A DNA stretch of 64,000 nt, taken from contig OY759598.1 in NCBI GenBank assembly GCA_963662435.1, positions 372,001-436,000 of the forward strand, in the 5' to 3' direction. Positions 39,281 to 49,113 of the stretch are shown here, piece after piece. Every line of letters begins with the position of its first letter. The first letter of the stretch is position 1. Under the pieces are notes generated by a model. The model was not told the DNA's origin. It searched no databases and saw only the letters and a program-made list of their open reading frames with translations. The position numbers were made by a program, and so were the translations under genes. This DNA comes from Dehalococcoidia bacterium. Its GTDB lineage: Bacteria; Chloroflexota; Dehalococcoidia; Lucifugimonadales; VXLM01.

Positions 39281-39801
39281 CGTCGCTCAGGCCACCGGAC
39301 TCTAGCCCGGCATGTGGGGGCCGTAGGCATCCCGGTGTTTGAGTCAGGTGGCCCGCCGGAGACGGAAATGTACAAGGGACGAGGCGGCATGACCTGCCCC
39401 CAGTCTCTGTGTCACTCTTTACATTAATACCCAGTGAACTGGTGCACTAGACCATCCTCGACCTCTTGGAGAGGATTCGTGCGAGTTGAGAACGTTGAGG
39501 GCGCAGTGGGCAGGTACGACGCGGGGGACGCGAAGCACGCTTCGCGCTTCTACGAGCTCGCGATCAGCGGGCTTGGGGTCAGGGCCGAGTGTCTCTATGT
39601 CGGCGGCAGCAGTGACACCGAGCCGATCTGCTCGGCAAGGCCTCACTGAGTTACGTTTCCAGCGACAGGCGATTTCCACATCTTGTAAGGTCCAGGGGAG
39701 CGTTACTTTCTGCTGTCCGTTCCCTTAACCTCATACGAAGACTGGGGATAGTATCCTAAGTCCACCGAAGCCCCGCCTATCAGGCGACAAGGAGGCGGAT
39801 C

Positions 39802-41226
39802 ATGATTGATGACCCTGGAAACCCTGAGACCCGCGCAGGTCTTGAAGGTGGAATCCGACAGCCTCTTGCGATTTCCTTAGACAAAGCGGCCGAAATCGCC
39901 AGTGAGGTCCAGGAACTGATCAGGGCTGGAAGAGAGCGCACAGCCTGGGAGCTGATTCGACATCTCCATCCTGCTGACATGGGGAATATCGTAGCCGGTC
40001 TTCCCCGCACGAGCAGGGAAGCCATGGTCCGCGTCATGTCCCCGGAGACTGTCGCATGGATGCTGAGGCAGATGAACCCCGTTGTGGCCGGTCGTGTGGG
40101 CACTCGACTCGGCGCACAGCTGCTCACCCTGGTCTATAGCCAAGTTCACCCCACCCAGGCTCTTGCCATGCTGCGCCGGTTGCCGATCCTGCAGTCCTAT
40201 GAGGTGACCGAATCACTGGAAGAGTCACTGGAAGAATCTCTTCAGACCGAGGAGATTCTCGAGCACCAGCCGGACACTGCCGGGTCCCTGATGGACACCC
40301 AGCTGCCGACGGTTGGAATCGACGACTCGGTCCAGGTGGCGCGGGAGAATCTCAGGGCATTGGAGGAGACCCGGAATAAGCTCACGCACATCTACCTGCT
40401 CGGAGCCGACGGGGAACTTGTCGGCCAGATCAGCATCGTTGACCTGGCCTTGGCCGATAGCTCGACTCCGATTCGTACTATCGGATCGTCAATCGTGGCC
40501 AATGTGACTGTTGATACGCCCGTGGAGGAGTGCGCCCGCCTTCAGCGCCACTACAATCTGACCCAGGTGCCGGTGGTCGAAGGTGAACGCCTCATTGGCG
40601 TGATCCTGGCGGAGTCGCTGTTGAGTGCCACCGTCGAGCAGGACACGCGCCAGATGCAGCAGGTCGCGAACGTGGCCGGTGAAACGGTGGACGGTCCCCT
40701 CGCCAGTTCAGTCCGTACGCGCCTCCCCTGGCTAACCGTCAATCTCGGCACGACCTTCGTCGCTGCCGCGACTGTTGCGCTCTTCGAATCGACTCTTGCC
40801 CAGGTGGTCGTCCTCGCCGCATTCCTGCCTGTGGTCGCCGGGCAAGGGGGCATTGGCGGTACGCAGACGTTGACACTCATCGTAAGAGCAATCGCGCTCG
40901 GAGAACTCGTTGGCGTCGGGGCCAGACGGCTCCTCATTCGGGAGGCTGCCCTCGGCCTCATTCACGGTATCTGGCTGGGCGTCCTCGTGGCCGTCCTGGC
41001 CATCATGTGGAAGCAGAACGTCGGGCTGGGAATGGTCCTCGGAATCTCCATGCTTGGCAACATGCTCATTGCCGGTTCCGTCGGGGCAGCCGTGCCGCTG
41101 TTGCTGCGGCGTATCGGAATGGACCCGGCCGTCGCTTCCGCGGTCGTTGTCACCACGGTAACCGACGTTTTTGGGTTCCTTTTGTTCCTGGGTATCGCCA
41201 CTGCTTCCATCAGTCTCATCGTCTAG
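39802..41226 (+). CDS. mgtE: Magnesium transporter MgtE
   Basis: HPAD, CBS pair, RLPWL, GG..GTQ, DPAVAS...TTVTD. Confidence 0.9.
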   Translation: MIDDPGNPETRAGLEGGIRQPLAISLDKAAEIASEVQELIRAGRERTAWELIRHLHPADMGNIVAGLPRTSREAMVRVMSPETVAWMLRQMNPVVAGRVGTRLGAQLLTLVYSQVHPTQALAMLRRLPILQSYEVTESLEESLEESLQTEEILEHQPDTAGSLMDTQLPTVGIDDSVQVARENLRALEETRNKLTHIYLLGADGELVGQISIVDLALADSSTPIRTIGSSIVANVTVDTPVEECARLQRHYNLTQVPVVEGERLIGVILAESLLSATVEQDTRQMQQVANVAGETVDGPLASSVRTRLPWLTVNLGTTFVAAATVALFESTLAQVVVLAAFLPVVAGQGGIGGTQTLTLIVRAIALGELVGVGARRLLIREAALGLIHGIWLGVLVAVLAIMWKQNVGLGMVLGISMLGNMLIAGSVGAAVPLLLRRIGMDPAVASAVVVTTVTDVFGFLLFLGIATASISLIV

Positions 41227-41339
41227 GCGTTTGATGATTCGCTTGTTTCCTTGCCCGGGTCCCACGATTGCCGATCACGAGATCGAAGGCATCCACTTGA
41301 CACGTTTCGCGACACTAGGAGGATGTCCAATAAGGGCCT

Positions 41340-41660
41340 GTTCACCCTGAGCCGTCACACCCCCCCGTTCGCCCTGAGCCTGTCGAAGGGCTCACTACGA
41401 ACGGCCTGGGCTGATCTAGAGCGGCGAGTTCTCCAAAAGACTCACATGTAAGCTACTTTCAGGAATACACAAAATATGCTCGCACAGAAAGAGTTGTCCG
41501 AGAATGTCCGGAAATGTCAGGTTTTTCAGGGGGTAAGCGTCCCATTACACTGTGCCTAGAGGGAATCCCGCTCACCCTGAGCAGCGTAAAGCCCCGTTCG
41601 CCCTGAGCTAGTCGAAGGGTGAATGCGTAATTCATGCTTCGACTAGCTCACCGCGAACGG
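41340..41660. repeat. Cluster of REP-like CCGTTCGCCCTGAGC..GTCGAAGGG units
   Basis: Copies near 41340, 41365, 41568 and 41594; inverted copy 41637-41660; related copy at 51749. Confidence 0.75.
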
Positions 41661-41815
41661 CTTCGAATGACCCCGTCAGACACCTCCTTTGGGTCACTAC
41701 TCCCGGCACAGCTCCTTTCGAGTACGCATGACTTACCGGCGGGAACAATTCCCTCGCGATTGTCGTCATAGTAATTGAAGGCTCTGAAGACAACTCGATC
41801 TGGAGGAACGTCAAG

Positions 41816-42931
41816 ATGAACACCGGACTGAACACAACATTCGCCCTGCTCTCCGGTTTGCTGATAGCCATTGCCATTGCCTGCGACAGTACACCCGCCA
41901 GCCCTGCTCAGCCGTCGGCTGACCCCACGCCTGTCGTCCCCATGCCAACGACAGCGGTCAAGCCTACCTCGACTCCTGTCATCCCCACGCCAACGACAGC
42001 AGTCAAGCCTATCCCGACGCTTGTCATCCCCACGCCAACGACACCGGTCATTCCCATCCCGACACCCGCAGATACGGCGTCGCCCACTCCTGAACCCCAG
42101 GATGAGTCGGACGTGAACGCGGAGCACCTCAGGGAGGCGCAGGCGGAACTAGACAAGCACCGTGCCCTATGGATGTCCAATCCCGCCGCCACCTACTCAT
42201 TCGTGCTTACACCGATATGCTTCTGCCCGCAGGATCTGCTGGACCCGGTCACGGTCCTCGTAGTTGACGGAGTCGTTGCATCGGTCTCATACGTAGAGTC
42301 AGGCAAAGCGCCGGAGCACGACGGATACGGACGCTACGTGACCATCGATGAATTGTTCGACACAATTCAGGAAGCCATAGACGGCGGGGCATCGCAGATC
42401 ACAACAGCCTACGATCCGCAGGTCGGCTACCCGACAGACGTCAGAATCGACTACGACACGAGGATGGCCGACGAGGAGTACACGTTCACTGCATCGGCAT
42501 ACACGGCCGGGGCACCCGTTCCCGACGGTGAATCGGACGCGCTCGAAAAGGCACAGGCGGAGCTGGACCGATACCGCGCCCTGTGGTCATCCAAGAGCGT
42601 CGACGCCTACTCGTTCGTGCTGACGCCCATTTGCTTTTGCCCCGAAGACTTTGTGGTGCCGGTCACAATTCGCGTCAAGGGCGAGGCCGTTGCTTCGGTG
42701 ACATTCGTCAAGACGGGCAAAGCCCCTGAGCATGACGGGTTCGGCCGCTACGTGACCATCGACCAACTGTTCGATGTAATCCAGGAAGCCATAGAGGGCG
42801 GGGCCTCAGAGGTCGCGGTCACCTACGATCCTGAGATCGGCTACCCGACGGAAGCCAGAATCGACTACGACACGAGGATGGCCGACGAGGAGTACATGTT
42901 CACCGCCACTGACTACTCCCCCGAAGGCTGA
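41816..42931 (+). CDS. Lipoprotein with PT-rich linker and two tandem DUF6174-like domains
   Basis: AIAC lipobox; duplicated YSF...ICFCP...TIDELF...YDP..GYP...DEE. Confidence 0.82.
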   Translation: MNTGLNTTFALLSGLLIAIAIACDSTPASPAQPSADPTPVVPMPTTAVKPTSTPVIPTPTTAVKPIPTLVIPTPTTPVIPIPTPADTASPTPEPQDESDVNAEHLREAQAELDKHRALWMSNPAATYSFVLTPICFCPQDLLDPVTVLVVDGVVASVSYVESGKAPEHDGYGRYVTIDELFDTIQEAIDGGASQITTAYDPQVGYPTDVRIDYDTRMADEEYTFTASAYTAGAPVPDGESDALEKAQAELDRYRALWSSKSVDAYSFVLTPICFCPEDFVVPVTIRVKGEAVASVTFVKTGKAPEHDGFGRYVTIDQLFDVIQEAIEGGASEVAVTYDPEIGYPTEARIDYDTRMADEEYMFTATDYSPEG

Positions 42932-43060
42932 TGCCGGCCTGCCGCTCCTGCCATGGTCTTCTGCGGCATTCACCCAGGCCATGGCAGGGTATTTCAGAGG
43001 TCACGTTCGAAATCCCGGCCATTCCTCCCGATGCCCCCAAAGCCCCGTCAACCCGGTCAA

Positions 43061-43089
43061 TTGACACACCCTAGCTCTCTCGCCATAAT
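43061..43089 (+). promoter_or_regulatory. Sigma70 promoter
   Basis: TTGACA-17bp-CATAAT. Confidence 0.65.
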
Positions 43090-43253
43090 TGCCCAAGTAC
43101 TCTTTACGAGATTCCCCTCTCTGATGGCTCTCAGTCCTTTGATTCTGTAACGAAGAGTACCGAGGACTCCTCAGGCAACCCGGTGCATGCCGCGAGAGTT
43201 GTCCCCTGCCCGGGATGCCGAAAGCTAGCAGATCTCAAGGAGGCTGATTCGGA

Positions 43254-44900
43254 TTGGAACTCCACGAATCCCTGCTGTCGATCGGACTTCTCATCGTAGT
43301 TGCGAAGTTGCTGGAAGGAGTATTCAATCGATTCGGTCTCAATTCGATAGTCGCCTACGCCACTGCGGGTGTGGTCTTGGGTCCGATAACCGGACTCGTC
43401 GAATCGGGCACCGAGGTCGAAGTCTTCCTGGGATTGGGCATCTTCGTGTTCTTCTTCCTCATCGGCCTGGAGGAGCTGGACATCAGGGGATTCCTTTCTG
43501 CCATCCGGGGCCGACTCTTCCTTGCCTCCGTGCTCTCGGTGACCATTGCGATGCTGGTCTCCCTCGCCGTAACCACCGACTTCCTCTTCGATCTGGGGCT
43601 GGATCTCGAATTCACACAGGCGTTGGGGCTGGCGGGAGTGTTGTCACTGTCCAGCCTCGGCGTCGTCGCCAAGGTGCTCATTGATGAAGGACGCCTCAAG
43701 GAGCCCGTAGGCGTTCAGATCTTTACCGCGGTTGTGATAGCCGAGCTGCTCGCCCTGTTCATAGTAGGATTCGCCATCAGTGAACACTTCTACTCCGGTA
43801 GGAGCGGTCACATGCTGGACTGGCTTAGTGTGACGACCATCGTCGGCCAGATCTTAGGATTCACCATCATCACGTGGCTGTTTTCAACGAAGCTGCTACC
43901 TAAGATAATCATCCTGCTGCACCGCTTTCTCCAGGTGCCGCAACTGTCCTTTGGTCTCCTCCTCGGCGGACTCTTCCTTGTGGTAGTAGGCGCCGAATAC
44001 TCCGGACTGCACGGATCTCTCGGTGCACTCCTCTTCGGAGCCGCCCTATCCATGCTGCCATTCCAGGTGCGCAGGGACATCATGCCGGGCATGAGGGGAA
44101 CGGCTGAAGGCTTCTTCGTTCCCCTGTTCTTCGCCTCCGCGGGCTTACATCTGAATCTCGATTTTCTCAATCTCCCGCCTGAGACCATTTTGGCCCTGGT
44201 CTTGATCCCTCTGGCAGGCAAGTTTATGGGAGCCTTTTTCAGCGCATACATCACCCGGCTCGAGGCTCCATTTGCAACTGCTACAGGACTGATGGCGAAG
44301 GGCGTTGCCGAAATTGCGCTTCTGCTCCTACTGTTCCATACCAACGCAATCGACAAGTCGATATTCTCGCTGCTCGTACTCCTCATGTTCGGATATATCC
44401 TGCTTACCCCATTGGGTATGAGCTTCTCGCTAAGACGGACCGGTACCTCTGAAGCCAAGACCTCACAGGATGACCTTCCTCCATCCTTGATCCGGTTTGC
44501 CCTGGATGGCATCAGGGTAAGCGACATCCTCGATCGCTCCCGAAGCTACCCGGAAACATCATTGACGGTTAAGTACTTCACTGAACACTGGTTGATTCCG
44601 GAACAGCACGACTACGTGGTTGTCGAAAAGGGTGATTTGGCGGGAATTGTTTCTCTGGGCTTGCTGCGCTACCTTCCCCGCACCGAGTGGGAGCACACCA
44701 CTCTCGCCAAGGTGCTCCGCCATAACACGCCCCATGTCTATTCGGACGACTTCGTCGAGGACGCCCTTCAGCAAATGATCGAAAACTCGCTCAACGTCCT
44801 CCCAGTCGTCGATAGGGAATCCGGCGAGTTCATCGGCTCCATCGCCAGCTTCGAGGTCATGGAGATGCTCGTCCTGACCGCCCAGGGGCACGAAGTCTAA
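43254..44900 (+). CDS. Cation:proton antiporter (CPA2-like) with C-terminal CBS domains
   Basis: About 12 TM, FLIGLE, FFVPLFFASAG, CBS pair. Confidence 0.88.
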   Translation: MELHESLLSIGLLIVVAKLLEGVFNRFGLNSIVAYATAGVVLGPITGLVESGTEVEVFLGLGIFVFFFLIGLEELDIRGFLSAIRGRLFLASVLSVTIAMLVSLAVTTDFLFDLGLDLEFTQALGLAGVLSLSSLGVVAKVLIDEGRLKEPVGVQIFTAVVIAELLALFIVGFAISEHFYSGRSGHMLDWLSVTTIVGQILGFTIITWLFSTKLLPKIIILLHRFLQVPQLSFGLLLGGLFLVVVGAEYSGLHGSLGALLFGAALSMLPFQVRRDIMPGMRGTAEGFFVPLFFASAGLHLNLDFLNLPPETILALVLIPLAGKFMGAFFSAYITRLEAPFATATGLMAKGVAEIALLLLLFHTNAIDKSIFSLLVLLMFGYILLTPLGMSFSLRRTGTSEAKTSQDDLPPSLIRFALDGIRVSDILDRSRSYPETSLTVKYFTEHWLIPEQHDYVVVEKGDLAGIVSLGLLRYLPRTEWEHTTLAKVLRHNTPHVYSDDFVEDALQQMIENSLNVLPVVDRESGEFIGSIASFEVMEMLVLTAQGHEV

Positions 44901-45053
44901 CTCAACGATCCGCTTTCACTCGCTCCCGCACGCGGTTCTGGTCTAGGTACTCATTCGGGGTCCCCAAGATCCGCCACCCCGTCACCCATCAGGGGAACGA
45001 CGCTAGTGGTTCTACATCACAGTTTCGAAGGGGAACGACGATCCTGGGATTCG

Positions 45054-45079
45054 GTAGGGGCGCGTTTCAAACCCGCCCT
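45054..45079. repeat. GTAG-type REP element
   Basis: GTAGGGGCGCGTTTCAAACCCGCCCT. Confidence 0.65.
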
Positions 45080-45156
45080 GTCTTGCACAACGCGAACCCA
45101 ACCCTCAATTGTTGACCGTCATATCAATGATGTTGGATCACTAGGGCTTCACCCGA

Positions 45157-46746
45157 TTAAGCCTCGGCCCAAGCGCTATCAGGCCCGTTCACCCGGTCGA
45201 ACACTTCCGTCATGGCCCGGGAAGGTGCGGACGTGAGAAGGGTAACCACAATCGCTGCCGGTGTCGCAATCAGGAATCCTGGTGTGGCAGGTTGAATGTC
45301 CCACATGCCGTGTGAGTTGTCCTTCATCGCGTCCCACAGCCCGGAGAGCGACTCGAACGGCGCCGTCGCTCCCGCCTCCAGCGGCAGATACCACCAGACC
45401 GTGGCGACCACCGTCCCGACGCAGATCGAAGTCAACGCACCCCAGAAGTTGAACCGCCGCCAGTAGAGGGCCAGGATGGTCGCGGGACCGAAGGCCGCGC
45501 CCATGCCTCCCCACGCCAGCGACACGAGATTGAACACCGAGTCGGGATGGAAAATCGACATTGTCGCCGAAACCACGCCGACAACCAGCAGCATGAAGCG
45601 GCCCACCCACACGCGAGAATGAGTCTGGATGGACTCGGTAACTCGCTTGATGAATGGCATATCATCCGTCGCCACCGCCGATGCAAGCAATAGCTGGGAA
45701 TCCGCCGTGCTCATCACTGCCGCGACCACAGCGGTCAGCAACAGCCCCGCCACAAGCGGATGGAAGAAAGTTGTCGAGGTGATGAGATATACGCGCTCCG
45801 GGTCCGCCAACACGACGTCGAACAGTCCGCGCTCGGTCAGTGCGGGCACCGCTACAATCCCCAGCAGCAGTCCGAAGCCGAACATCAGGACAACCCAAGA
45901 CACGCTGATATTCCGGCTGCTTGGAATATTCTCCTCTTTTTCCACTGCCATAAGGCGCGACAGCACCCTCTGGGATCCAAAGGTGCCCAGCCCCCACCCC
46001 GCCGAAGTGAGGAGAAAAATTAGCCCAACGGCATTGCCCGAATCGTCGATGAACGGGTTCCAAAAGCCCTCCGCAGTAGACTCCAGGCCTTGGAACGGAT
46101 CATTCGCCAACACGATCAATAGCACGGGGAGAATGACGAATCCGCCAAGCATCATCAGCGACTGGAATACGTCCGTGCGCGAGACCGCTAGGAATCCTCC
46201 GATGAACGTGTACGAGGTGATCGCCGCAAGGGTAATCAGCACGCCGACGTAGTGGTACTCCTCGTGGCTGAAGTCAAAGACCACTTCGAGCAGCTTCGCC
46301 CCTGAGATCAGCCCGGAACTCACGTAGAAGATGATGAAGAACACCGTTATGAACGCCGACACCGTACGCAGAGTCCCCGTACTGTCCATGAAGCGCTTCT
46401 CAAGGAAATCCGGCAGCGTTAGCGAATCGTCGGCGGCGATCGTGTACCGGCGGAGCCTCTTGGCGACAACTGTCCACACCAGCAGGTGTCCAACCACAAG
46501 GCTCACCGCCGTCCAGAGGTGTATCAGTCCCGCTGCGAATGCCAAGGCGGGGAACACCAACATTGTCCACCCGCTCGACGCCGAGGATGCCGCGCTGAGC
46601 GCGGAGGTAAGAGGCCCCATCTTCCGACCGCCCAGGACATAGTCGGACATGCTGTCCATCTGGCGGGTACGAAATACGGATATGGCAATGAGCGCCACGA
46701 AGTAGAATACGAAGACAACCAGTATCCAGTATTCGTCGGATGTCAT
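45157..46746 (-). CDS. putP: Sodium:solute (proline-type) symporter
   Basis: DYVLGGR, SGW, YTFIGGFLAVSRTD, AAVMSTADSQLL, AWGGMGAAFGP. Confidence 0.87.
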   Translation of the reverse strand: MTSDEYWILVVFVFYFVALIAISVFRTRQMDSMSDYVLGGRKMGPLTSALSAASSASSGWTMLVFPALAFAAGLIHLWTAVSLVVGHLLVWTVVAKRLRRYTIAADDSLTLPDFLEKRFMDSTGTLRTVSAFITVFFIIFYVSSGLISGAKLLEVVFDFSHEEYHYVGVLITLAAITSYTFIGGFLAVSRTDVFQSLMMLGGFVILPVLLIVLANDPFQGLESTAEGFWNPFIDDSGNAVGLIFLLTSAGWGLGTFGSQRVLSRLMAVEKEENIPSSRNISVSWVVLMFGFGLLLGIVAVPALTERGLFDVVLADPERVYLITSTTFFHPLVAGLLLTAVVAAVMSTADSQLLLASAVATDDMPFIKRVTESIQTHSRVWVGRFMLLVVGVVSATMSIFHPDSVFNLVSLAWGGMGAAFGPATILALYWRRFNFWGALTSICVGTVVATVWWYLPLEAGATAPFESLSGLWDAMKDNSHGMWDIQPATPGFLIATPAAIVVTLLTSAPSRAMTEVFDRVNGPDSAWAEA

Positions 46747-46918
46747 GGGCCCGAATTCCCCAGGGGAAATTGTGGCAACGTGCCGTCTGCTATTGACGGA
46801 CGGCCAGAACAAACGGCGGCATGATAAGGGCTAGCGAATTATCGGTCAATACCCAGTCTCGTCGCAGTGCATGATGCGCTTCCGAATCAGGCATCCGGTA
46901 GGCGATATCAGCTCCCGG

Positions 46919-48808
46919 CTACGTGACTTCCTCAGCCACCTTGACCGGCAGGGTCAGGGTGAATTCCGTGAATGCCCCGTACACCGTATCGACCTTGAGG
47001 TCGCCTCCGGCCCTTCGCGCGACGTCGGCGGCAATCGGCAGTCCTAGCCCCGCGCCAAGAATCCCATCGCGTGTCGAGAAAAACGGGTCGAAAATCTTCC
47101 CAACAACGTCGTCCGGGATCCCCGTGCCATTGTCCTTGACGCGAACTTCCACCATGTCGTCAACCTTCCGGGTCGCCACGGTGAGCATCGGCTCGTAGCT
47201 CTCTCCCTCAGCCTCACGCCGCTGTCGCAACGCGAAGCAGGCATTCGACACCAGGTTTACCACAGCCTCGCTGAAATCCTGCGCCACCAGCGGCACCTTG
47301 CCGACCGCCTTATCCAGGTCGTACAAGGGCTCCACCTCGAAATCTTCCCAGTTCGCGCGGAAGGCGTTGTAGCCCGCCTGTACAGCCGGCTGTACAGCGT
47401 TGTTCAAGTCTGTCGGCACAAGCTGTCCGCCCACGACCCCCAGCCCGCTCATGCGCTCCACGATCGCATAGGCTCGCGTTCCATTTGTGTGCACCCTTTC
47501 CAGACTGTCAGTAAGGTCCTCACTGATCTCGTCAAGCAATGCTATATCGTCTTCCTTCATCTCGCTTCGGTAATCGTTTAGGACTTCATTAAGTTCCTTG
47601 TACGACTCCAGCGAGCCTTCCGTGAAGTTCTTGACGAAATTCAAAGGGTTGCTGATCTCGTGCGCGACGCCCGAAACGAGCTCGCCCAGTGCCGCCAGCT
47701 TGCCCTGGGCCACCAGGCGCTCCTGCATCCGTTCCAGTTCCGCATTTGCCTCACGTAACTCGCCATAGAGACGTTCAACTAAGTTCAGCCTCTGCACCTC
47801 TAAGGCCTGCTGCCGCCAGACCTCCAGGGTGCCCGCCAGCTCCCCAACCTCGTCACGGCTCACCTCCGGTATCGGAGTTTCAATATCTCCGGCCGCCATC
47901 CCACGCATACGCTCCGACAATCGGGAAAGCCGTCGCACGAGACCATTCCCGACCCACAGCCATGCCGCCATTGTCGCGGCCACGACGCTCGCCACGCTGA
48001 TTACGGCCAGTAGGAGACGGCCCTCGTCAAAGCTGCGAACGGACGACGCCAACGCCTCGGATGATTGCTCGCGAGCCCCCTCGAGAAGTACGGCGACGGA
48101 GCCGTCCAGCGCCGCGCTTGCCCCGACGAATGCTGTACTCAGTTCCTCCGACTTGGAAAGCAACGGCAGTTGCTGCCCGCGGGCTACGAAGACTTCCTCG
48201 GCAAGTGCGGAATCGACTCCACCCGTTACCGATAGGGCCGCATACTCGTTCCAGAGGCCGTCCAGCTCTTCCTCACTTGACGCCAACATCATCCTGTTCA
48301 GGACAGCCAGCGCGGGCAGATTCGCCCCATCTTTAGTTGACGCCTCGCCGACTCGGGCAAGAAGGTCCGAGACTGTCGCGTTCGAGTCTTCCAAGAAGCC
48401 CCGGTTCAGTGCCACCTCATCGACCACCCTCGCGAGGTCAAAGGCAGCGTCATATACCTTCTGTGCGTCCGGCGCGAGCGCAGAGGCGGAACTGACCACG
48501 GCCAGGTCAGCCTCCAGCTTGTCCAGGACACCTGCCAAGTCTGCGGAAGACGAATCAATAGTGGATGAACCGGGATCGCCCAGCAGTCCAACCCCCACGG
48601 ACCGTATCCGCTCACCCTCTCGCGCAGCCGACCATGCCGCCTCCAGGACGGGCACCGACTCCGACCGCACCTGGAAATTCAGGTCACCGCTCCGCTCGAA
48701 GTAAAACACCCCAACCATGCTGGACACCAAAGTCAGGAGGACGGCAAAACCCAACGCTATGTATAAACGCGTGCCTATTCGACGCCAAGCATCAACGAGA
48801 AAGCTCAT
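46919..48808 (-). CDS. Membrane sensor histidine kinase with HAMP domain
   Basis: Two TM, DEVGELA, AHEISNPLNF, DNGTGI, FDPFFST, GLGL. Confidence 0.9.
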   Translation of the reverse strand: MSFLVDAWRRIGTRLYIALGFAVLLTLVSSMVGVFYFERSGDLNFQVRSESVPVLEAAWSAAREGERIRSVGVGLLGDPGSSTIDSSSADLAGVLDKLEADLAVVSSASALAPDAQKVYDAAFDLARVVDEVALNRGFLEDSNATVSDLLARVGEASTKDGANLPALAVLNRMMLASSEEELDGLWNEYAALSVTGGVDSALAEEVFVARGQQLPLLSKSEELSTAFVGASAALDGSVAVLLEGAREQSSEALASSVRSFDEGRLLLAVISVASVVAATMAAWLWVGNGLVRRLSRLSERMRGMAAGDIETPIPEVSRDEVGELAGTLEVWRQQALEVQRLNLVERLYGELREANAELERMQERLVAQGKLAALGELVSGVAHEISNPLNFVKNFTEGSLESYKELNEVLNDYRSEMKEDDIALLDEISEDLTDSLERVHTNGTRAYAIVERMSGLGVVGGQLVPTDLNNAVQPAVQAGYNAFRANWEDFEVEPLYDLDKAVGKVPLVAQDFSEAVVNLVSNACFALRQRREAEGESYEPMLTVATRKVDDMVEVRVKDNGTGIPDDVVGKIFDPFFSTRDGILGAGLGLPIAADVARRAGGDLKVDTVYGAFTEFTLTLPVKVAEEVT

Positions 48809-49113
48809 AGTGGGAATTCCCCTCGATTTTCAGTAATTCTGTCCGACTCCAATCGACCCTTCGACGGTCGCAATAGACTCCCCAGATCTCGAAGGATGCT
48901 ACCACTATGAACGGTAGCCGAAGGAACCATCTAGTGAAACTCGGTTCTCGTTTCCCCTTGTGCTGACTCTAGTCCATCGATGCCCATACAAGACCGTCAT
49001 ACTGTCGAGTGAACGTCACCCCCTATGCCCCGATTCGGGTCCGGAATACGGAAGGATAGGGGGACACAGGGTCTCTGCCAGGCCCAATTCTTGTATTCGT
49101 GATCTACTCTCCG

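Noticed and set aside
39419..39728. Short ORFs resembling a toxin or VOC fragment
   Set aside because: Similarity too weak to support a call.
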